A DNA stretch of 64,000 nt from an uncultured Polyangiaceae bacterium (GTDB taxonomy: Bacteria; Myxococcota_A; Polyangia; Polyangiales; Polyangiaceae), in assembly GCA_964459035.1 (NCBI GenBank), contig CAYWLO010000003.1:30520-94519 (forward strand). The letters run 5' to 3'. Each line of letters starts with the position of its first letter. Within the stretch, counting starts at the first letter, position 1. This document shows, in pieces, positions 18,130 to 27,482 of the stretch. Under the pieces are notes generated by a model, which was not told the origin of the DNA, ran no database searches, and saw nothing but the letters and a program-made list of their open reading frames with translations. Both the position numbers and the translations under genes were made by a program.

Positions 18130-18156
18130 CCCCGGCGCTCAACGATTGCGCCGGGG
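18130..18156 (+). terminator. GC-rich hairpin, terminator-like
   Basis: CCCCGGCGC-tcaacgatt-GCGCCGGGG forms a perfect 9-bp stem 16 nt after the stop of the small ORF. There is no clean T-tract, so the call is tentative. Confidence 0.45.
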
Positions 18157-18251
18157 ATCAGTTCGTTTGACAGGTTCGTGCCCATGAGAACGCTTAAGTC
18201 GGGCGTGAGCCTGCCAGCCTTTCTCCAGCGAAAAAAGAAAAGCGTTGTAAG

Positions 18252-19451
18252 ATGTTTGAGAAATCATTTCGATACGTTGGGTTCTTTGGTCTAGCTTTTG
18301 TGTGCGCGGGCTCGCTTTCCGCATGCGATTTAGTGGAAAGAGGCTCGGAACTAGCCGGAATACGGAACTCAACTCCTTCAGGAGAGGAGTCGCCGGACGA
18401 GATATCTAAAGGGGTTGTATCGCGGTCCGATAGAGCTCGCGTTCAACAGAATCAGGGTAGAAAGTCGCCGCCTGCTCACGAAGCACCGGTGCAACCTTTG
18501 GCGCCTTTACCCGCAGGGGTTCCTCTCAGTTTTGCCGATTTGGCCTCCGCTAGCGATGCCGGCGTGGTGTTTGTTCGTACGGTACAGAGCTCCCGCCGTG
18601 GGCGACGCCGTGTGTTGGGCGAGGCGAGCGGCTCAGGTTTTGTCTTTGATCCCAATGGCAAGGTGCTGACCAACTATCACGTGGTGAAAGGTGCTCATGC
18701 TATCATGGTTGAGTTCAAGGACGGCCGTGGGCTGATGGCTGAAGTCATCGCTCAAGATCCCCTCACGGACTTGGCTATTTTGCAGGTGAAGGCAAAGAAT
18801 TTGAGTGCCTTGCCCTTGGGCGACTCGGACGCCATTCGTGTGGGTGATTGGGTGATCGCTATTGGTAATCCCTATGGACTGGAGCACACGGTCTCGGCGG
18901 GAATCATTTCTGCCAAGGAGCGTACCGGCCGAGATGTCCACTTGGGCAATGAGGACGCCTATTATAGTTTTTTGCAGACGGATGCGAGCATCAACCCTGG
19001 AAATTCGGGGGGCCCCTTACTCGATCTGGCTGGGCGCGTTGTCGGAATCAATACAGCTATCAATCAAGAGGCCAATAGCATCGGATTTGCCATACCCATC
19101 AACATGATCAAGCGCCTCTTGCCGCGCCTGCTTCGTGATGGGATTATTAAAAGAGCTGCTATTGGTGTTCAGGTCGCAGATGTAAGCGCTGAGGACGTTG
19201 AGCGCTTGAAGCTTTCTGACCGTCGTGGCGCCTACATCGCTCGCGTTCTAAAAAGGGGACCAGCTGGGCGCGCGGGGCTTCAGGCAGGTGATGTTGTGGT
19301 TGATTTTGACGGCCATAACATCGACACACCTTCGGAGTTACGTTGGCAGGCCAGTCTGGCAATTGTAGGAGAAAAGGTAAATATTGCCGTGATTCGAGAG
19401 GGCGTTCGTCAGGTGCTTACCATTCGACCAGCTCCTCTTCGACTGCGGTAA
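18252..19451 (+). CDS. htrA: HtrA/DegP-family serine endoprotease with PDZ domain
   Basis: A signal/lipobox-like N-terminus is followed by GSGFVFDPNGKVLTNYHVV (His), DLAILQV (Asp) and TDASINPGNSGGPLLD (Ser). A C-terminal PDZ domain follows (GPAGRAGLQAGDVVVDFDG). Confidence 0.92.
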   Translation: MFEKSFRYVGFFGLAFVCAGSLSACDLVERGSELAGIRNSTPSGEESPDEISKGVVSRSDRARVQQNQGRKSPPAHEAPVQPLAPLPAGVPLSFADLASASDAGVVFVRTVQSSRRGRRRVLGEASGSGFVFDPNGKVLTNYHVVKGAHAIMVEFKDGRGLMAEVIAQDPLTDLAILQVKAKNLSALPLGDSDAIRVGDWVIAIGNPYGLEHTVSAGIISAKERTGRDVHLGNEDAYYSFLQTDASINPGNSGGPLLDLAGRVVGINTAINQEANSIGFAIPINMIKRLLPRLLRDGIIKRAAIGVQVADVSAEDVERLKLSDRRGAYIARVLKRGPAGRAGLQAGDVVVDFDGHNIDTPSELRWQASLAIVGEKVNIAVIREGVRQVLTIRPAPLRLR

Positions 19452-19499
19452 GAGCAGAACCCTTCTTTTGTCGGTTGATTCCCTTGATGGGAGAGGGAA

Positions 19500-19656
19500 C
19501 TAGTACCTCGTGCCGGAAGTCCGTGCCGGGTTTCACCAGACCCAACTGAAGTGGGGGCCTGATGAAACCCGCAATAGCCTCCCTATTTGCCCTCGGTACT
19601 ACTTTTTGTCTCATGGGTACCAAAACCCGGCACGAAGTTCCGACCTTTGGTACTAG
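19500..19656. mobile_element. MITE-like 157-bp element, copy A
   Basis: Identical base for base to 23457-23613. The ends are CTAGTACC...GGTACTAG. The terminal inverted repeats span about 34 nt (left CTAGTACCTCGTGCCGGAAGTCCGTGCCGGGTTT; reverse complement of right CTAGTACCAAAGGTCGGAACTTCGTGCCGGGTTT). It lies between the convergent htrA and GAF-PAS genes. Confidence 0.8.
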
Positions 19657-19666
19657 CTTTTGAAAT

Positions 19667-21325
19667 TTAATTTTCTGGCGTACTCGATCGATCGAGATCT
19701 ACGATTTTGGCTCCACCTACGTAGGGTTTGGTCTCGTAGCGAGTCACGCGGCCGACCTTGCGCACAATATCAGCCATGCGCTGAGTTTCACTCAATATCA
19801 CCTCGATAGCATGGGAGAGTGATGGATCGTCTTTTACCCCACGCCGCACAAATTCGGCGTAACCCATAACACTCGTTAGGGGCTGATTTAATTCATGTGC
19901 GGCGGCTCCGGCCATCTCCGCGATCGCGTCTTGGCGCTTGCTCTCTTGCAATTGCTCTTGGGCTTCGGCCAAAGAGTGCTCCATCGCGAGCTTTTCGCGG
20001 ATGTCTGTAAATATTCCCACCGTACCAATGGGCTTTCTTCCGTCCAAAACCAGGCTAGCCGAGAGATTCACAGGGACTTCGTCCTGGGACTTAGTGAGCA
20101 TCTCAACTCGATAAGCCTCGAGGCGTCCTTCACCACCGTGCCCGCGGCGGCGAATGCGTCGCATGATATCGCGCGCTACTCCGGGGGCATAGAGTTCATC
20201 GACAGTCATGCGCCCCACGACCTCTTCTCGCGCATAACCAAAAAGGCGGCTCGCGGCTCGATTGTAGACCACTACATTGCCGCGCAAGTCGGCACTCACA
20301 ATACCATCGACCGAGCTTTCTATTACTCGCTCCAAAAATTCTTTCGTTTTAGAAAGCTCGTGAGCCATTGCGCGCTCGGAGGTCACGTCGCGCATGGTCG
20401 CCAGCACGGCTTCGCTTTTTCCTAAAATTTCCGAAAAATTGAGGCAGGCTATTGTTTGAGACTCGGGCCCATTCAATAGAAAATCGATACCTGTAGGAAA
20501 ACTGCCACGTTGAAATCCTCCAATAATATCTAAGGCTGCCCCCCGTTGTTCCGCTTTGAGCAGATCAACAAGCGAGGCACCCACCAACTCCTGAGTCGTG
20601 CGTTGTGTGAGTTGAGCTGCACCAGGGTTTGCAAAGAGAATTTGCCCAGCGTGATCCATCACAATCATCGGATCGCGCGCGCTTTCAAAGATATCAAAAT
20701 ACTTTGAGAGCTCTAGAAGCTTCTTTTGGTCTTTTGATTGGGCTGATGAGAGGGCGCGCGTTTCGTCGCGAAGCTGCCGCAGGGTACGTGCACTGTTGAG
20801 GGCGATGGCCGTGGCGTTGGCAACTGCCTGGGCGTGCATGATATCGTAGTCGCCAAATTCTGTTTGTGCCCGGCTCTTCAGGCAGAGAGCTGCGGTGGGG
20901 CCGTCTTCGCCGATGATAGGTACAAGAGCCATTGATGAGAATGCCAGGGAGCCCTCTGCTTGAATTACTTCGCGCAAAATAGGGCTCTCTTTTACGTCTC
21001 GAATGATGAGTGGTTGCCCCTTGTCAAAGACCTCGCGAAGCTCAGGATATTTATCGAGCGCAATCGGGTGGTTACGCAATTGTTTGTCATCGCTGGATGC
21101 AACGATGACCCCCGTGCTCATGGTCTCACGTAGGACGATGCTACCGCGATCGACATCGAGTATGTCTGCCAAGCGTGAAACGACAGAAAAGAGAATATCA
21201 AAGATATTGTCTTGGCTCGAGAGGGTTCGCGTGAGATCCATCAGGGCCGCGAGATCTTCTTCTCGACGAGCCACCTCAAAAGAGGCACCGGCAGCCTCGA
21301 TTTTTGAGCGCATGGCAAGGTCCAT
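19667..21325 (-). CDS. GAF-PAS-PAS-HisKA signalling protein lacking a recognisable ATPase domain
   Basis: 552 aa. It has an N-terminal GAF-like region and two PAS-like blocks (DPMIVMDHAGQILFANPGAAQL; GIVSADLRGNVVVYNRAASRLFGY). The H-box AAHELNQPLTSVMGYAEF follows. Only about 78 aa remain after the His, with no N/G1/G2 boxes. Confidence 0.8.
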   Translation of the reverse strand: MDLAMRSKIEAAGASFEVARREEDLAALMDLTRTLSSQDNIFDILFSVVSRLADILDVDRGSIVLRETMSTGVIVASSDDKQLRNHPIALDKYPELREVFDKGQPLIIRDVKESPILREVIQAEGSLAFSSMALVPIIGEDGPTAALCLKSRAQTEFGDYDIMHAQAVANATAIALNSARTLRQLRDETRALSSAQSKDQKKLLELSKYFDIFESARDPMIVMDHAGQILFANPGAAQLTQRTTQELVGASLVDLLKAEQRGAALDIIGGFQRGSFPTGIDFLLNGPESQTIACLNFSEILGKSEAVLATMRDVTSERAMAHELSKTKEFLERVIESSVDGIVSADLRGNVVVYNRAASRLFGYAREEVVGRMTVDELYAPGVARDIMRRIRRRGHGGEGRLEAYRVEMLTKSQDEVPVNLSASLVLDGRKPIGTVGIFTDIREKLAMEHSLAEAQEQLQESKRQDAIAEMAGAAAHELNQPLTSVMGYAEFVRRGVKDDPSLSHAIEVILSETQRMADIVRKVGRVTRYETKPYVGGAKIVDLDRSSTPEN

Positions 21326-21412
21326 CTTTTGAAAGTATCACGTTTTTCTCTTTGTTGGGGATGAGAAACGAAGCTTGCCAGAAAAAGTTATTGAACTAGA
21401 GTTCGCGCGCCC

Positions 21413-23293
21413 ATGGGACGATCTCGCCTTCCCTCATTTCCTGGCATTTCCGATTTACCGGGAATTGCTGAACTCGTTGGACTCGCACGTCATATTGAAC
21501 TGCGAGCTGTTTCCCGTTGGGTTGGCTTAGGCCTTGCGGTCGGTTTACTTTCGGGGCTTTCTGCCTGTGTTCTGTACGTAGGTTTTGAAGCAATTCGCCA
21601 CGTTGTGGTGCATTGGCTGGCCGGAGCAACACTTTTAGAGCCCGCCGGGGAGTCTGCACTTTTTGGCGCAAGCGCCCACCACGCCAATCCGTTGCGTTGG
21701 GTCTTGGTGGTGGCCCCGGCCATCGGCTCCTTTCTGTCGGCTGCCATTGTGTTTCGCTTTTGCAAAGAAGCGGCTGGCGGCAACGAGGGCTGGCTGCGTG
21801 CTTTTCACGTGGGGCGAGGTCGCATTCGCGCGCGCGTCATAGGGACAAAGCTTTTGGCATCTGCTGTCAACTTGGGCACGGGGGCCAGTGCAGGGCGCGA
21901 GGGACCCATCGCGCACATTGGCGCTGCGATTGGTGCGGTTGTGGGCAGGCTCTTGCGCCTGAGCGATCGCGAGCGCCGTCTACTTTTGATAGCTGGGGCG
22001 GCGGGGGGCATCGGTGCTATTTTTCGCACGCCTTTGGGGGGAGCTCTCTTTGTTGTCGAGGTGCTATATAGCGATGACTTGGAGGCTGACGCCTTGGTAC
22101 CGGCCTTACTTTCGTCGGTGGTTGCCTATTCGATTTTTACGAGCATTTTTGGCGAAGGCGTACTATTTGCAACCGTGAGTTCTTATACTCTCGATGCACG
22201 TGAACTCCCGCTCTTTGGCCTGATGGCAATTTGCTGCGGTATCGTCGGACTGATTTTTTTGCAGATGCACCACAAACTCATCAAGGTGAGTTCCAGTCTG
22301 CCGGGCTATCCTCCTCTTTGGGCTGGCGTGGGGGGCCTGGTGGTGGGAATTCTCTCATTGCTGCATCCGGCGGCTCTCGGCACCGGCTATGGGTGGATGC
22401 AAGAGGCTCTCGATCACGATGACTTGATTGGAGTCAGTTGGGCGGGGGTGCGCACCATGCTGCTCATCGTTGTCGTGAAGGTGGTGGCCACGAGTGTTTC
22501 CTCGGCGAGCGGCGCCGCAGGTGGCGTATTTGGTCCTTCTGTCGTGATGGGCGGCATGGTGGGCGGCGTATTTGGTATGGCCTTTCACCTTTGGTTTCCT
22601 GAGGTGGCCACCGAACCCAGTGCCTTCATGATCGTGGGCATGGCTTGCTTCGTAGGAGGTGTGACTAGCTCGCCTATCTCAACCTTGATCATGGCGAGTG
22701 AAATGACAGGGAGCTACGAGCTACTCGTGCCGACCATGTTGGCGAATGTGATCACCTTCACACTGATTCGCAAACAGCGATTGTACGAGGCGCAGGTACC
22801 CACTCGTAGAGATTCTGCAGCTCATGGGGGAGAATATGTTTTGGATATTCTTCAAGACCTCAAGGTTGAAGACGTTTTCGCGCCCAGCGATGTTTCTATT
22901 ATTTCGCGATCCCTGCCGCTTTCTCAATTATTGCGTCAAGCTACCGAGACTGAACAAGTTATTTTTCCGGTCGCTGGGGACGATGGTTTGCCCGAAGGTT
23001 TGGTCACTCTCGATACCATCAAAGCCTATCTTTACGACGAAGACCTCGTTTTGCTCGCTATTGCAGCCGATTGCGAATCACCCTTTGTGAGTGTGGGGGT
23101 AAAAGACTCACTTGCATTGGCGCTTGAAAAGATGGCGATGGCTCATTATCAGCAATTGCCCGTAGTGTGCGCTCAGGACGAAAACAAAATTCTTGGCTTA
23201 ATCACCTACGATGACCTCCTGCAGTCTTATAGCCGAGAACTTACTTCGCGTAGGCGTGGGGGCGAAAGTTTACCCGACGACAGCGCGCGCTAA
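21413..23293 (+). CDS. ClC-family chloride channel/transporter with C-terminal CBS pair
   Basis: The selectivity motifs are GASAGREGP, GIGAIFRTPLGGALFVVE and GGVFGPS. It has multiple TM segments. The C-terminus has two CBS-like repeats (VFAPSDVSII..., ALEKMAMAHYQQLPVV). Confidence 0.9.
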   Translation: MGRSRLPSFPGISDLPGIAELVGLARHIELRAVSRWVGLGLAVGLLSGLSACVLYVGFEAIRHVVVHWLAGATLLEPAGESALFGASAHHANPLRWVLVVAPAIGSFLSAAIVFRFCKEAAGGNEGWLRAFHVGRGRIRARVIGTKLLASAVNLGTGASAGREGPIAHIGAAIGAVVGRLLRLSDRERRLLLIAGAAGGIGAIFRTPLGGALFVVEVLYSDDLEADALVPALLSSVVAYSIFTSIFGEGVLFATVSSYTLDARELPLFGLMAICCGIVGLIFLQMHHKLIKVSSSLPGYPPLWAGVGGLVVGILSLLHPAALGTGYGWMQEALDHDDLIGVSWAGVRTMLLIVVVKVVATSVSSASGAAGGVFGPSVVMGGMVGGVFGMAFHLWFPEVATEPSAFMIVGMACFVGGVTSSPISTLIMASEMTGSYELLVPTMLANVITFTLIRKQRLYEAQVPTRRDSAAHGGEYVLDILQDLKVEDVFAPSDVSIISRSLPLSQLLRQATETEQVIFPVAGDDGLPEGLVTLDTIKAYLYDEDLVLLAIAADCESPFVSVGVKDSLALALEKMAMAHYQQLPVVCAQDENKILGLITYDDLLQSYSRELTSRRRGGESLPDDSAR

Positions 23294-23456
23294 GCTTTGT
23301 TTATTTCCGGGGAGCGACTTGCGGTCGTTTGGTTACTTTCGTCATTCGCTCGGGGCGAATCTGTTTCTTTAGGGGGGGACCTAGAGCGGCGACTGGTTTA
23401 CCCGTTGTCGCGACAAGTAGGATATCTAGAGCGGCGATGAGTGGGCGCAATTGAAG

Positions 23457-23613
23457 CTAGTACCTCGTGCCGGAAGTCCGTGCCGGGTTTCACCAGACCC
23501 AACTGAAGTGGGGGCCTGATGAAACCCGCAATAGCCTCCCTATTTGCCCTCGGTACTACTTTTTGTCTCATGGGTACCAAAACCCGGCACGAAGTTCCGA
23601 CCTTTGGTACTAG
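23457..23613. mobile_element. MITE-like 157-bp element, copy B
   Basis: Identical to 19500-19656; the flanks are unrelated. It lies between the convergent ClC and CPA1 genes. Confidence 0.8.
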
Positions 23614-23689
23614 TGCGGCATTTTGGACCAGCTCTACAATCTGTAGGTGAGCGAAAATGCCGAGTATTTCCTTCAAACCGAGAGCCGCT

Positions 23690-23747
23690 CTTGTACCTCG
23701 TGCCTTCAGGACGTGCCGGGTTTCACCGTCTCCAACCTTGGTCCTAG
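23690..23747. repeat. 58-bp internally deleted derivative of the MITE-like element
   Basis: CTTGTACCTCGTGCCTTCAGGACGTGCCGGGTTTCACC...CCTTGGTCCTAG matches the left arm and the right tip of the 157-bp element. It overlaps the last 14 codons of the CPA1 gene. Confidence 0.6.
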
Positions 23748-25136
23748 GTCGAGGGCAGGGGCTTCTGATGTGGACGCTGGCAAGGAGACTTCGCCATACT
23801 CGGTCGAAGGAAGTGGCGCTTCGAGGGCGTTGTCGGGGTTTTCGTTGGGGGACGGCGGCTCGCTCTTGCTCTCGAGCTCATTTTTGAGCGGGGACATGCT
23901 TTTTTTGGCCAATGGAAAGCCGATGGCAAAAAGGAGAATACTGACAAATACAGCAGTAAAGACCATGACCGGAAAAGACTCACGGTCCACTCCGGGCACC
24001 CCGCGTGCAATGGGCAAGGTTGCCAAAACGCCAGCGGCCATGCCTCTAGGCATGGAGACATGTACTAATTTGCGCTCACCTTGAGATATACTTGAACCAA
24101 TGAGAGCAATGTTGACGGCAGGGATGCGCAACACCAATAAACTGACGCCTAAAATAATTCCTAGAAGTACGGCCCCCCAAGGGGGTCCTAACATTGCGCC
24201 AATAAATACGAAGAAGAATGACTTGATGATGAATGCCATCTGCGCATGAAAGCCACGTACTCCGATTCCCAGTTCGACCTCTTCTTTTAGGCCAACTGCA
24301 CTGCCAATTAGTTTGGCGTTGCCCAAAATGATTGCGACCGCTAAAATTCCGAAAGCGGCGCTGCCACCCGCTTTGTCAATGATAACATAAAGAACCAAGA
24401 GGGCCGCGAGCGTAAATGGGTAGGCGTGCTGGGCGTCCTTGAGGGCACGCAAAAAGAGCAACCAAATGAGGCCGGCGGCCACCCCAATGCCTGCGCCAAT
24501 GCCAAAGGACTGCAAAAGAACAAAGACCGGGCTAGAGCCCTCGGCTGAGCCCATCATGATATCGATTACCGCGGCTGTGCCCACGACGCACAAGGCATCG
24601 GTCACCGCTGACTCAAGGTTGACCAAGTTAGCAATTTTTGAGTCCACCTTGGCCGCTGCCATTGCGGGCATGATGATGATGGAGCTTGAGCCGGCAAGTA
24701 TGGTGGCTATCAGAACCCCATGCATCCATCCCCATTGAGCTGGGAGAAAGCGAGCAAAGCCAAACCACTCGTGTAAGCGCTCACTAAAAAGTGCAAAGAT
24801 ACCCATAATGAGCGCGATGCCCACCAAGGACCCCAAAAATGTACAAGCGGCCAAAACGCTGGAGCGAGAGGCTGATTGACGCAGTTCATTTAATTTGAGC
24901 GCGCTGCCCCCGTCGAATAATACGACAACCAATGTAAGGGCTGCAAAGTAGGGGGCTATCGAACTGAGGAAGGGACGGGTAATCAAACCCATCATGGGCC
25001 CCAAAATAATTCCGGCCAAAATCAACCAGATCACATCAGGAATATTGGTACGCTGAAAAATAAGCTCGCCAACTGAGCCGATCAAAAAAATGCCGGCAAT
25101 TGCCAAAAGAAAGAGCGCAACGGGATCATGCATCAC
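23706..25136 (-). CDS. cation:proton antiporter (CPA1, Na+/H+ exchanger family)
   Basis: 476 aa. The N-terminus LAIAGIFLIGSVGELIFQRTNIPDVIWLILAGIILGP is typical of Na_H_Exchanger proteins. It has about 11-12 TM segments and a hydrophilic acidic/Pro-rich tail. Confidence 0.85.
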   Translation of the reverse strand: MMHDPVALFLLAIAGIFLIGSVGELIFQRTNIPDVIWLILAGIILGPMMGLITRPFLSSIAPYFAALTLVVVLFDGGSALKLNELRQSASRSSVLAACTFLGSLVGIALIMGIFALFSERLHEWFGFARFLPAQWGWMHGVLIATILAGSSSIIIMPAMAAAKVDSKIANLVNLESAVTDALCVVGTAAVIDIMMGSAEGSSPVFVLLQSFGIGAGIGVAAGLIWLLFLRALKDAQHAYPFTLAALLVLYVIIDKAGGSAAFGILAVAIILGNAKLIGSAVGLKEEVELGIGVRGFHAQMAFIIKSFFFVFIGAMLGPPWGAVLLGIILGVSLLVLRIPAVNIALIGSSISQGERKLVHVSMPRGMAAGVLATLPIARGVPGVDRESFPVMVFTAVFVSILLFAIGFPLAKKSMSPLKNELESKSEPPSPNENPDNALEAPLPSTEYGEVSLPASTSEAPALDLGPRLETVKPGTS

Positions 25137-25282
25137 TGAGCCTTATAGCAGGGCATAGCTCGGGGAAGCGACTGCTGCACGGGTTCTTGAGGGCAAGCTG
25201 CAGGGAGGGCACCTCTTACGTGCTTGCAAGGAAGGGGACTGAGTTGCCAAGCGAGTAGGGGAGTGTTGGAGTCACCCTAGCC

Positions 25283-27388
25283 ATGGTGCCTGAAACGAAC
25301 TCACTTGATAAAAAAGAAAAGCTTTCAGAGAGGTCCAAGAAGAAGAGGCTGAGCCCTCTCTGGTGGGTTCCTTGGGTAGGAGCTGGTGCCCTGGGTACAA
25401 TTGGCCTGAGCCTTTGTGAGTATCTACTCATTAGGCTGGATATTGCCGGTTTTGAGGATTCTGTAGGCGGTATTTTTCATGCACTTTCGCTGTTTACGTC
25501 GGTGTTTTTAATCAGCTCATTGCCTTTGATGCTAGCGGGGGTGCTTTTTGAAAAATGGGTTGGTTTGAATAGAAAGTTCGATACCGCTTGGTTTACAGCG
25601 GTGATTCTGGGGTCTCTTTTTATCCTCGTGGGGCTCAGTCGCGCCGAGCAACTTCTCGAAGGAGCCCCGCCCGAGTTTCCTGACGCAATTCACGGTTTAG
25701 CAATTGTCTTGCGCGCGGGCGTAGTGATCCTCGGTGTTTTTGCGATGAAGTTTCTGTGGTTTCCGGCGTTGAGGCGGCTTTTTATCAGCTACCCCCTCCT
25801 TGCAAGTCCAGTTGTTGTCCTGGGGGGAGCTTCGTCTATGGGGGCAATCGCCGGGCTGCTCATCATTCATGCTCTCTTGGCGCCGGTCTATTTAGTACAA
25901 GAAGCCGGAGCTGTTGCGTTGCTGACCTTGATTTGCGCCTTGGTGGCCGGCCGTATCGTCTTATCTTTCTTCTCCCGAAGGGTGAGCGTTGTTTTGGTTG
26001 TCTTGGGGAGTGCCGCTGTACTTTTTTCGTCCATGATTCCCTCACCGACGGCAAGCTTTTTACTCTTTTCCCATGGCTCGTCGACGGGACCTCTTGCGGT
26101 TTTTCTTCGCAAACTGGTCGACTTCGATGGCGATGGGGCGGCGCCTTCTTGGCTTGGAGGGACCGATTGCGCTGAGTTCGATACAACACGCGGGCCGATG
26201 CGCCGGGAGGTATTGGGCGACGGAGTCGATCAAGATTGTCGAGGGGGGGACGCGCCCCTGTCAGAGAAGACACGCCCCAAAGGAACCATTGAGGCACCAC
26301 TATGGGCGAATTGTCAGAAAGAGGCCGGCACCCTGTCATTTCTTCTTTTGAGTATCGACGCCCTACGTTTTGATGCCCTCAACCCAGTGCTCATGCCTGG
26401 TTTGAGCGAACTCTCTAAGGCTTCGACCGTGTTTGAGCGGGCCTATGTTGCCAGCCCCCTTACCTTTGCAAGCATAGGGACCATCTTTTCGGGTCGGCCG
26501 CTTTCTGACTTGGGCATGGCCAACCCTGTGGCAGAAAATACCTTCGTTCTTGACAGGAATGGTCCCGAAGAATTCTCTCGCGCTGGTTATCGCACGGGCG
26601 CATTCGAGTATTTTGGAGTAGATGCCCGCTTGCTCGCTGGATTCAAAGTCATCAACCCTGGCGAGTTTGATATCAATCCCTTGGGTATAAAGTACCAGTT
26701 GGGGGCCGCCACCATGAGCAACCAGCTCATCCAGTTCATCGACCGGGATGCGGGGCGGTTTTTTGTATGGGCTCATTTCCCCGACGCCCACGCCCCCTAT
26801 CTAACTCCTTATATTTTAAAGAGGCTGAAGCTGCCTCCCTATCAGGCTTCCCTCAATTATATTGATCGGCAGATCACCCGAGTTCTTCGGCACTTGGAGG
26901 AGAAACAGAAATTGGAGAATACCGTTGTGGTGATCACGGCCGACCATGGTGAGGAATTGCGCCAACATGGCCACGAGGGGCATGGCCCCCAACTTTATGA
27001 AGAGTCCGTGCACGTGCCCTTGCTCGTGAGGGTGCCAGGATGCGCCCCCGCACTGGTCCACGGGCCCACCTCTTTGATTGGTTTATTAGGCAGCCTGGCC
27101 GACTTAGGAGGGCTCTCCAAGAAAATTCGTGGTCCGCGCCTGGACGATTCGAAGGATTTAAATTTCGTTGTCACCGAAGAAGCCCCCACAACGGGAGTGA
27201 GTTTCAAACGAGCGGTGGTGACCAAGAGGTTCAAGCTAGTGGTGGACGTTCAAAACGGCGGAAAAGCTCTTTTCGATCTAGAGACCGATCCGGGCGAATT
27301 GGAAAACATTTATACCAAGTCGCCTCAAGAGGCCCAACGTCTAGAACACCTGTATCAGGGCTGGTTAGATAGAATTCGCGAGAGTTGA
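25283..27388 (+). CDS. polytopic membrane protein with C-terminal sulfatase/alkaline-phosphatase-superfamily domain
   Basis: About 270 aa of TM helices come first. The sulfatase-type domain follows: LLLSIDALRFDAL, ASPLTFASIGTIFSG and VVVITADHGEELRQHGHEGHG. No CxPxR formylglycine motif is visible. Confidence 0.8.
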   Translation: MVPETNSLDKKEKLSERSKKKRLSPLWWVPWVGAGALGTIGLSLCEYLLIRLDIAGFEDSVGGIFHALSLFTSVFLISSLPLMLAGVLFEKWVGLNRKFDTAWFTAVILGSLFILVGLSRAEQLLEGAPPEFPDAIHGLAIVLRAGVVILGVFAMKFLWFPALRRLFISYPLLASPVVVLGGASSMGAIAGLLIIHALLAPVYLVQEAGAVALLTLICALVAGRIVLSFFSRRVSVVLVVLGSAAVLFSSMIPSPTASFLLFSHGSSTGPLAVFLRKLVDFDGDGAAPSWLGGTDCAEFDTTRGPMRREVLGDGVDQDCRGGDAPLSEKTRPKGTIEAPLWANCQKEAGTLSFLLLSIDALRFDALNPVLMPGLSELSKASTVFERAYVASPLTFASIGTIFSGRPLSDLGMANPVAENTFVLDRNGPEEFSRAGYRTGAFEYFGVDARLLAGFKVINPGEFDINPLGIKYQLGAATMSNQLIQFIDRDAGRFFVWAHFPDAHAPYLTPYILKRLKLPPYQASLNYIDRQITRVLRHLEEKQKLENTVVVITADHGEELRQHGHEGHGPQLYEESVHVPLLVRVPGCAPALVHGPTSLIGLLGSLADLGGLSKKIRGPRLDDSKDLNFVVTEEAPTTGVSFKRAVVTKRFKLVVDVQNGGKALFDLETDPGELENIYTKSPQEAQRLEHLYQGWLDRIRES

Positions 27389-27482
27389 CCCGTAATTTTG
27401 CGGGTGCTCTTCTTAGTGGCCCCCCTTCGCTTCTCAAGCTATACGTCGGACCTCCGCGGGGCTATCGACCCGCTCGCAGCCT

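Noticed and set aside
19417-19623. Minus-strand ORFs 19417-19623 and 23398-23676 sharing the identical peptide VPMRQKVVPRANREAIAGFIRPPLQLGLVKPGTDFRHEVL
   Set aside because: The identity arises because both run through the 157-bp repeat. Their ends differ, they have no RBS, and the repeat has TIR/hairpin structure. I interpret them as a non-coding element rather than a duplicated gene.
15607-27388. Functional link between the FGE-like lipoprotein (15607-16776) and the sulfatase-superfamily enzyme (25283-27388)
   Set aside because: They are 8.5 kb apart on opposite strands, and the sulfatase-like domain lacks the CxPxR motif that FGE would modify.
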